NCBI GenBank assembly: GCA_038205935.1
Contig: JBBRBK010000048.1
Span: 1 to 15,020, forward strand
DNA: 15,020 nucleotides
Direction: 5' to 3'
DNA from: Campylobacterales bacterium
GTDB taxonomy: Bacteria; Campylobacterota; Campylobacteria; Campylobacterales; Sulfurimonadaceae
Shown here: one piece after another, positions 7,249-13,541 of the stretch
Position numbering within the stretch: position 1 is the stretch's first letter
How the letters are laid out: each line of letters begins with the position of its first letter
Program-made: the position numbers and the translations under genes
Notes under the pieces: generated by a model
Databases searched by the model: none
Told to the model about the DNA's origin: nothing
The model's input: the letters and a program-made list of their open reading frames with translations, nothing else

Positions 7249-9177
7249 TTATGCTCTCGATTCTTTTATCATCAGTTGAAAAGTAGTACCACTACCCTCA
7301 ATCGAAGTTAACAATATCTCAATTCCCATATCATCACACATCCTTTTTGCAAGGCCAAGTCCGAGTCCTGTCCCGTTATCAGTGTTATTGACCTGCATAA
7401 AAGGTTCAAATACTGTTTTTTGTTTATCAGTAGGAATACCTTTACCTGTGTCTGCTACCTCGATGATTATCATCTCATCTTTTATATAACTTCGCAGTTC
7501 TATTTTACCTTTGTTTGTAAACTTGATTGCATTAGAGAGTAAATTCAGTATCACTTGCAGTAATCTTCTTGAGTCTACTAAAGCTATCAAAGGCGTTACA
7601 TGTAACTCCAAATGAAACTTTACGTCTGTTCCATTAAGAAGGGAATATGTATTATTATATGCCATTTGAAGGGTTTGATTGACATCTATTTTTTCTAGCT
7701 TATAATCCATTTTTCCCGCTTCTATTTTAGTAAATTCTAGCAAGTCGTTGATAAGTTGTAAAAGATGTCTTGAGTTAACTATAACTCTATGTAAAAAATT
7801 CTTTGTATCACTTTGCAACTCTTTATCTTCGAGCATATCATCAAAATCTTCTATAGCCTGATCTGTAAAATTAATAATCGCATTGAGCGGAGTACGAAGT
7901 TCATGCGATATACCGCTGACAAAGTTTGATCTTGCCTGTGCTGCTTGAAGGGCAGATTCTTTTGCGCTTGTCAGTTGAGTATTGAGAATATTCAAATCAG
8001 CTATATTTCTCTCTAAGATTTCATTTGAATGTTGCAACTCTAGTGTCTTATCCTCCACTCTTTTTTCGAGTGTCGCATTGAGTTCATATAACCTATTTTT
8101 ATTTTCAAGAAGTTCTCTATTCATTTTTCGAGCTTTTATATTGGCATGTTCATTATCATTCAAAAGCTTCCAAATAATATAAACCAGTAAAAAGCTAAAT
8201 AAGAGTCCAAAGATCAAAACCAGATTAGCTTTACTCAGATCTATTTTTTTTTCAAAATCTGGAGTCGATTTAATAAGGATTGTCCAATCTCTCCCTGCCA
8301 TCTTTAAATCTATTTTTTTACTATAGAGTGGTGTTTGTTTTCGCAAGAGTGGACTATGTTGTTGCATGTCACTATCGTACATCAAATGAGATTTATCGAT
8401 CACTCCATTATCATAGATCTCAATATCAAAATATTCATCTTCATGACTATTGAGTCCATTCATAAAATTATTTATCCGAAACGGTGCATATATCCATCCT
8501 AAAATATGCTTTTTTCTCTCATCAACAGTGTCATTATCAGTACCTTTTTGATAAAGAGGCAGATACATCAAAAAGCCTGATTGGAGATCCTTTTTATACT
8601 CTTGGAGAAGAGTTGTTTTACCCGATATAATAGGCGTATCATTATCTCTTGATCGTTCCATTGCTGCGCGTCTTACAGGGTCTGAAAACATGTCATAACC
8701 AAAAGCCATTTGATTTCTAGCATCAAAGGGTTCAAGATAGATAATAGTCGTATAAAAACCACGTGGTGCGACGGGAGTTATATTATATGAACTAAAGCCC
8801 TCAGAGCGGACTTTGTCTATAAACGCATCTTTTTGATCTGCCGGGACTACGGCCGAGTAGCCGATGCCTTGTATTCCCGGAAAATAGTGTTCTATTGACA
8901 AGGCTTCTACATAAGATTTAAACTCTTCTCGCTCAATAGAATCAGAGGCTAAAAATAAGCCTTTTATCCCATACAAAACATGTTCATAATCTAACATTCT
9001 TTCTTGCATGAGTGTCTGATACTCTTGCGCTTTTAATGAAAATTTCGTTTTTAAATCATTATATTCATTATTTTTTATAGTCTTATAATAGTGATAAGTG
9101 ATAACCCCAAGAACTAGCATTAATATAAAAGGGATCACTTTAAAAAAAAATTTACGGTTTTTTATAGATCTAGTCAT
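7249..9177 (-). CDS. Membrane sensor histidine kinase: TM - CHASE - TM - coiled coil - HisKA - HATPase_c (642 aa, no receiver)
   Basis: CHASE motifs FPGIQGIGYS, IIYLEPFDARNQMAFGYDMFSDPVRRAAMERSRD, GFLMYLPLY, GWIYAPFR and AGRDWTI lie between two TM segments; H, N, G1, F and G2 boxes as in the neighbouring kinase. Confidence 0.93.
   Translation of the reverse strand: MTRSIKNRKFFFKVIPFILMLVLGVITYHYYKTIKNNEYNDLKTKFSLKAQEYQTLMQERMLDYEHVLYGIKGLFLASDSIEREEFKSYVEALSIEHYFPGIQGIGYSAVVPADQKDAFIDKVRSEGFSSYNITPVAPRGFYTTIIYLEPFDARNQMAFGYDMFSDPVRRAAMERSRDNDTPIISGKTTLLQEYKKDLQSGFLMYLPLYQKGTDNDTVDERKKHILGWIYAPFRINNFMNGLNSHEDEYFDIEIYDNGVIDKSHLMYDSDMQQHSPLLRKQTPLYSKKIDLKMAGRDWTILIKSTPDFEKKIDLSKANLVLIFGLLFSFLLVYIIWKLLNDNEHANIKARKMNRELLENKNRLYELNATLEKRVEDKTLELQHSNEILERNIADLNILNTQLTSAKESALQAAQARSNFVSGISHELRTPLNAIINFTDQAIEDFDDMLEDKELQSDTKNFLHRVIVNSRHLLQLINDLLEFTKIEAGKMDYKLEKIDVNQTLQMAYNNTYSLLNGTDVKFHLELHVTPLIALVDSRRLLQVILNLLSNAIKFTNKGKIELRSYIKDEMIIIEVADTGKGIPTDKQKTVFEPFMQVNNTDNGTGLGLGLAKRMCDDMGIEILLTSIEGSGTTFQLMIKESRA
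7268..8070. repeat. Direct repeat copy B (kinase transmitter-coding region), paired with 4935-5737
   Basis: Same manual alignment. The encoded segments (LNATLEKRVE...FQLMIK) differ at only 10 residues. Confidence 0.97.
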
Positions 9178-10813
9178 TTTCTACTAACTCCGGCATTGGA
9201 TGTCCTATAAAATATCCTTGAGAGTAGTGAACGCCCAGTTCTTTTACTATCTTGTTTATCGAATCTGAATGTACAAACTCTGCGACTGTCAATATATCGA
9301 GTTTATTTGAAAATTCTACTATCGTCTTGACCATCATCTGAGCATTCTCATCGGTGTCAAGATCACGAATGAGCGAACCGTCTATCTTAATGATATCTAC
9401 TTTTAAACGTAAGAGATGTATAAAATTTGAATATCCCGAACCAAAATCATCGATTGCGATCTGGCATCCATGCTCTTTTACTTTTTCTATAAAAGCATAA
9501 ACTGAACTATAATTTTCAATCCCATCAGATTCTAAAAGTTCAAATATTACTCTTTTAGATCCACTAAAGCTTGCCAGTTTACTATAAATATAATCTGATA
9601 TATCTCTGTCCATCATATCTTTTGCAGAAAGATTGATCGAAAACTCACAATCACTATTTTCAAACGTCTTAAACGCTTTTTCTATCACATTTTTTGTGAT
9701 CTCAGCATAATTTCTCGATTTTTTGGAGATCTCTAAAAATTTTATGGGACTGTGAATGGTTCCATCATTATCGATAATACGAACAAGACACTCATATTTC
9801 TCGATTTTATTGTTTTTATGATTCATTATTGGCTGATAAAAAGGAATTATTTTATCATTTATAATAGCCTCTTTTATCTTATTTATCCAAAATATATTTT
9901 GTTCGTATGAACGGAACTCTTCACTTTTCTCATCAAAAATCAGCATAGTCTTATTGGTCGCTTTTGCTGTTTTGAGCGCTTTTTCTGCGCTGATAAGCAG
10001 TTCTTTTTTAAATAAAGAAGCACCTAGTGTGATCCTAAAATGTATCTCATGTCCCTCACAATCAAAATGAAAACGGTCCATCTCATCAATAAACATCTTC
10101 ATCATACCTTTGAGCGCTTCATAGCCATTGCAATTCTTGATCATAACAGCGAAAATATCGCCTGAAATACGATAATGTTTGTAATTATTAGAAGCTAAAA
10201 GCTCTTTAATCTTTACACTAAAAAATTTTAGACACATATCTCCGATCTCATGACCATAAAAATAGACGATATCTTTAAATCTATCTATATCGATCAATAA
10301 TAAAGATGATTTTTTAACATTTTTGATATCTTTTATCAACTGACTTCTATTTGGCAAACCCGTTAAGGCATCGGTGTAATAATAATGGATCAACTCTTCA
10401 CTTTGTCTGTGAAACACTTTATCTTGTCTCTTTGATTGCTGATTTAATCCTATGAGCATCTCGACTTGTTGTACAAGACCAATTCTATGAAATGGCTTTG
10501 CCCATAATCCTTCAGCGCCTGATTCTAATGCTATGATCTTTTCATCCATAGATGCCAATGCCGTGACAATTAAGACAGGTATATGTTTTGTAGATGTATC
10601 ATTTTTCAACTGCTTCAAGGCTTCGTATCCGCTAATACCGGGCATCATCACATCCATGATAATGAGGTCGGGATTTTGTTCTTGCGCTATTTGTATACCC
10701 TCTTCGCCGTTTTGCGCTTCTAAAAACAGATAAGGGTATTTTCGAAGTGCAGCTCGTATGATTAAACGACTATCACTATTATCATCTACAATTAAAACGA
10801 CCGGTTGTCTCAT
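9170..10813 (-). CDS. REC - degenerate GGDEF - EAL protein, probable phosphorylation-regulated c-di-GMP phosphodiesterase (547 aa)
   Basis: REC: LIVDD, IIMDVMMPG, IVTAL, AKPF. GGDEF-like: DALTGLPNR, IDIDRFKD, GHEIGD, YRISGDIF. EAL: FYQPI, YECLVRI, SINLS, FELLES, IAIDDFGSGYSN, IKIDGSL, VAEFV, SQGYF. Start overlaps the upstream stop (ATGA). Confidence 0.93.
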   Translation of the reverse strand: MRQPVVLIVDDNSDSRLIIRAALRKYPYLFLEAQNGEEGIQIAQEQNPDLIIMDVMMPGISGYEALKQLKNDTSTKHIPVLIVTALASMDEKIIALESGAEGLWAKPFHRIGLVQQVEMLIGLNQQSKRQDKVFHRQSEELIHYYYTDALTGLPNRSQLIKDIKNVKKSSLLLIDIDRFKDIVYFYGHEIGDMCLKFFSVKIKELLASNNYKHYRISGDIFAVMIKNCNGYEALKGMMKMFIDEMDRFHFDCEGHEIHFRITLGASLFKKELLISAEKALKTAKATNKTMLIFDEKSEEFRSYEQNIFWINKIKEAIINDKIIPFYQPIMNHKNNKIEKYECLVRIIDNDGTIHSPIKFLEISKKSRNYAEITKNVIEKAFKTFENSDCEFSINLSAKDMMDRDISDYIYSKLASFSGSKRVIFELLESDGIENYSSVYAFIEKVKEHGCQIAIDDFGSGYSNFIHLLRLKVDIIKIDGSLIRDLDTDENAQMMVKTIVEFSNKLDILTVAEFVHSDSINKIVKELGVHYSQGYFIGHPMPELVEND

Positions 10814-11184
10814 ATCGATTTTATGACCTCTTGTAACATAGCAAGAAAGTCTCTTCTGGCAAATGGTTTTTCTAATATATAATCAAAACCTTTTTGTAAA
10901 TACATCTTTTTCATCTCAGCAAAGACAGAGGCTGTCACAGCAATAATAGGCTTTTTACTAAATCTTTCTTGAGAACGGATCCAGTTTGTCAGTTCTACAC
11001 CATTCACTCTTGGCATCTCTATATCTATTAAAAAAATATCTATATCATCCTCGTGACTTAGCATATCAATGCCAATCTGCCCATCTTTGGCCCATAATAA
11101 TTCGACAGGCATTTCTAGTTTTTTTAAATTTGATTTGACAACCAAATAGTTATCTTCATTATCTTCTGCTAAAAAAAATCTCAT
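10810..11184 (-). CDS. Single-domain response regulator (CheY/DivK-like receiver, 124 aa)
   Basis: LAEDNEDN, FLIDIEMP (phosphoacceptor Asp), IIAVTA, LEKPF; no output domain; GAGG SD upstream. Confidence 0.92.
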   Translation of the reverse strand: MRFFLAEDNEDNYLVVKSNLKKLEMPVELLWAKDGQIGIDMLSHEDDIDIFLIDIEMPRVNGVELTNWIRSQERFSKKPIIAVTASVFAEMKKMYLQKGFDYILEKPFARRDFLAMLQEVIKSI

Positions 11185-11210
11185 CTCTTACCTCTTTAAA
11201 TCCTCATAAA

Positions 11211-12233
11211 TTATATAAGTGAAAGTATGTTATTTGCTATTTTATTTAAAGGAACCTGTTTTTGTACAGCTCCTATATCATAAGCGATCTTTGGCATACC
11301 ATATACCACACAGCTTTGCTCATCTTGTCCAAGCGTTTTAGCTCCAGCATTATTCATAGCTAAAAGTCCTTTTGCTCCATCACCGCCCATTCCTGTGAGA
11401 ATCACACCTATAGCATTTGAACCAGCGATTTTTGCAACCGAATGAAAAAGGACATCCACAGATGGACGGTGACCTGAAATTTTGTCTCCACTTCCTATCT
11501 CGACATAGTATCTAGACCCTGAGCGTCTTACGACCATATGATAATCCCCAGGCGCAACAAGAACAACTCCTGGAGTGATAGAATCCCCATTTTTTGCCTC
11601 TCTTACTTCCATGGCACACAGTGAATTGAGTCTCTGGGCAAATGCCGCCGTAAAGTTTGCAGGCATATGCTGGACTACCACCGTTCCCGGTGCATTTCTC
11701 GGCAGTCCCATCAGCACATCTTTGATCGCTTCAGTACCGCCGGTAGATGCTCCAATGGCTAGAATTTTATTTGTAGTTTCTGCCAGTGAAGTCGTATTCG
11801 CTTGTACCGAACTTTTCAACTCTTTTTGAAACACTTTGGCTTTTGATGCTGTTTTTATTTTAGCTATAAGCTCATCTTTCATCTCATCTTTGCCATCATA
11901 AATATGAGAATGAGGCTTTGCGACAAAATCAACGGCACCAGCTTCTAAAGCTTCCAATGTCGTCTTTGCTCCGTTTTGTGTCAATGATGAGACCATAATA
12001 ACAGGCAAAGGCATGTAATGCATCATCTTTTTTAAAAAAGTTATACCATCCATTCTTGGCATCTCGACATCAAGACATACAACATCGGGTTTAAGTTCGA
12101 CGATTTTATCACGTGCAACAAAAGCATCTGAAGCCGTGCCCACAACCTCGATAGATGCTTCAGATTCCAATATCTCACGTAAAACTGCTCGAGCAGTCGC
12201 ACTGTCATCCACAATCAATACTCGTATCGCCAT
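11211..12233 (-). CDS. cheB: Chemotaxis protein-glutamate methylesterase with N-terminal receiver domain
   Basis: REC VLIVDDS / LDVEMPRMDG; catalytic GASTGG (Ser), VVQHM (His), LTGMGGDG (Asp); HRPSVDVLF; VVYGMP. AGGAGG SD at 12240-12245. Confidence 0.97.
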   Translation of the reverse strand: MAIRVLIVDDSATARAVLREILESEASIEVVGTASDAFVARDKIVELKPDVVCLDVEMPRMDGITFLKKMMHYMPLPVIMVSSLTQNGAKTTLEALEAGAVDFVAKPHSHIYDGKDEMKDELIAKIKTASKAKVFQKELKSSVQANTTSLAETTNKILAIGASTGGTEAIKDVLMGLPRNAPGTVVVQHMPANFTAAFAQRLNSLCAMEVREAKNGDSITPGVVLVAPGDYHMVVRRSGSRYYVEIGSGDKISGHRPSVDVLFHSVAKIAGSNAIGVILTGMGGDGAKGLLAMNNAGAKTLGQDEQSCVVYGMPKIAYDIGAVQKQVPLNKIANNILSLI

Positions 12234-12243
12234 CGATTTCCTC

Positions 12244-12711
12244 CTAGCATTGTTTTGAAGTGTACTTTAAGAACACTTTTCCTTTTTCCAGATCAAACTG
12301 AATCTTTCTTCCATTTTGTCCGCCGACATCCTCTGCAACGATAGAAATCTTGTACTCTTTGAGTATCTCTTTGGCAACTATAATATTTTTTTGCCCTATC
12401 ATCATATTCCCAGATACTGAGATATTCATCGATGCACCGCCAAATATCTTTGCTTCCATCGTTTCTATGCGAGAGCCTCTTTCTTGCATACTCTCTATAA
12501 GTCTTGGGATAGAAATATTGCCAAACTTCGGCGTTTGAAGACCATACCCGTTCCAAAAAGGAAGCAGATAATGATTCATTCCACCAATGCCAAGTTTACG
12601 GTCATAGATACAAACTGCAATACATGAACCAAGCACCGTAGAGATAGCTGCTGGAGCGCTATCTATGTGAATTTGCCCTACATGTATAAATGTCGAACTG
12701 CCGTGGATCAT
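12244..12711 (-). CDS. cheD: Chemoreceptor glutamine deamidase
   Basis: ISTVLGSCIAVC (catalytic Cys), GGMNHYLLP (His), AKIFGGA, IGQKN, EDVGGQNGRKI. Start overlaps the upstream stop (TAATG). Confidence 0.95.
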   Translation of the reverse strand: MIHGSSTFIHVGQIHIDSAPAAISTVLGSCIAVCIYDRKLGIGGMNHYLLPFWNGYGLQTPKFGNISIPRLIESMQERGSRIETMEAKIFGGASMNISVSGNMMIGQKNIIVAKEILKEYKISIVAEDVGGQNGRKIQFDLEKGKVFLKYTSKQC

Positions 12712-13541
12712 TATAGTTCTAACGCATCGTCAAATGATTCAAATAAAAACTCATTTGAACCGTTAGCTTGTGAATTGGCACCGCCCTCATCAAGCAATAG
12801 AGTAGCGACAAAAGTCACGATTCCTTTATCAACAGAATAATCTACATTTCCATCAAATCTTTCACAAAGCGCACGTACGATACTAAGACCAATACCTAGA
12901 CCATGCTCGCCCCCAGGTCCATCTGAAAAACGTGTAAATATTTCAGGTTTATATTGAAAATTCGGACCATCACCATGATTTTTTACTGTGATCGTAAAGA
13001 TAGAATTCACTTTGTTTATAATTACCTCCACTGCACTGCCTGCGATGCTATAAAGACAAGCGTTAGATATAAGGTTTCTCGCTATCGTATAGATAATCTG
13101 CGGATCTGCTACGATCTTCTCTTTGATCAGATTGCTTACATGTAAGTGAATCTTTCTCTCTTGGATGACATGCTTAAGAGTCTCTATAACTTCATCGATA
13201 ATATCCAAAGAATCGACAAGGGCGTGTGAGACATCGAGATCTCCGCTCTCAATTCTTGCCGTCATAACAAGATTTTTGATCTTAAAATCAAGATTTAAAA
13301 CCTCTTGGTTGAGTATTGGATATATCTTTTCACTTTTGTCACATACATGAAGTTTCAAGTGAGGCACCATACCCACAAGCACTGTCATAGGATTGTTTAA
13401 CTCACTTGTCACAAGCGATAAAAAACGTGATTTTGCTTTTTCACTTTCGATGAGGCGTTTGTTTAACTCCAAGATCTTTTTACTTAAAAAGGCGACTTCA
13501 TCCTCAAGATTTTTCTGAGTAGCTCTCTGTTCCATTATCAT
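12711..13541 (-). CDS. Soluble histidine-kinase-fold protein lacking the phosphoacceptor His (putative pseudokinase, 276 aa; alternative start 13535)
   Basis: Short coiled coil, then ESEKAKSRFLSLVTSELNNPM (H-box with Ser at the His position), ARIESG, NLISNACLYS (N-box), VKNHGDG (G1 with D->N), IFTRF, HGLGIGLSIV (G2). No TM or sensor domain. Confidence 0.85.
   Translation of the reverse strand: MIMEQRATQKNLEDEVAFLSKKILELNKRLIESEKAKSRFLSLVTSELNNPMTVLVGMVPHLKLHVCDKSEKIYPILNQEVLNLDFKIKNLVMTARIESGDLDVSHALVDSLDIIDEVIETLKHVIQERKIHLHVSNLIKEKIVADPQIIYTIARNLISNACLYSIAGSAVEVIINKVNSIFTITVKNHGDGPNFQYKPEIFTRFSDGPGGEHGLGIGLSIVRALCERFDGNVDYSVDKGIVTFVATLLLDEGGANSQANGSNEFLFESFDDALEL

Noticed and set aside
4935..8070. 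Repeat pair as a diversity-generating retroelement TR/VR
   Set aside because: Mismatches are not adenine-specific, are largely synonymous or conservative, both copies are coding, the unit is ~800 bp, and no reverse transcriptase is present in the window.
5649..8182. Two plus-strand ORFs with the same N-terminus MRIFKSAIFLSKISFECC (5649-5831 and 7982-8182)
   Set aside because: They are antisense shadows of the duplicated kinase segment, not an independent repeated peptide gene.
10810..11184. Naming the single-domain receiver cheY
   Set aside because: It lacks the typical CheY D(W/I)NMP-MDG and PVLMVT/E-A pattern and looks more like DivK or hybrid-kinase receivers, so no symbol was assigned.
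12027..12040. Perfect 14-bp palindrome CTTTTTTAAAAAAG
   Set aside because: It lies inside cheB (around codons F-L-K-K), is low complexity, and is expected by chance in AT-rich DNA.
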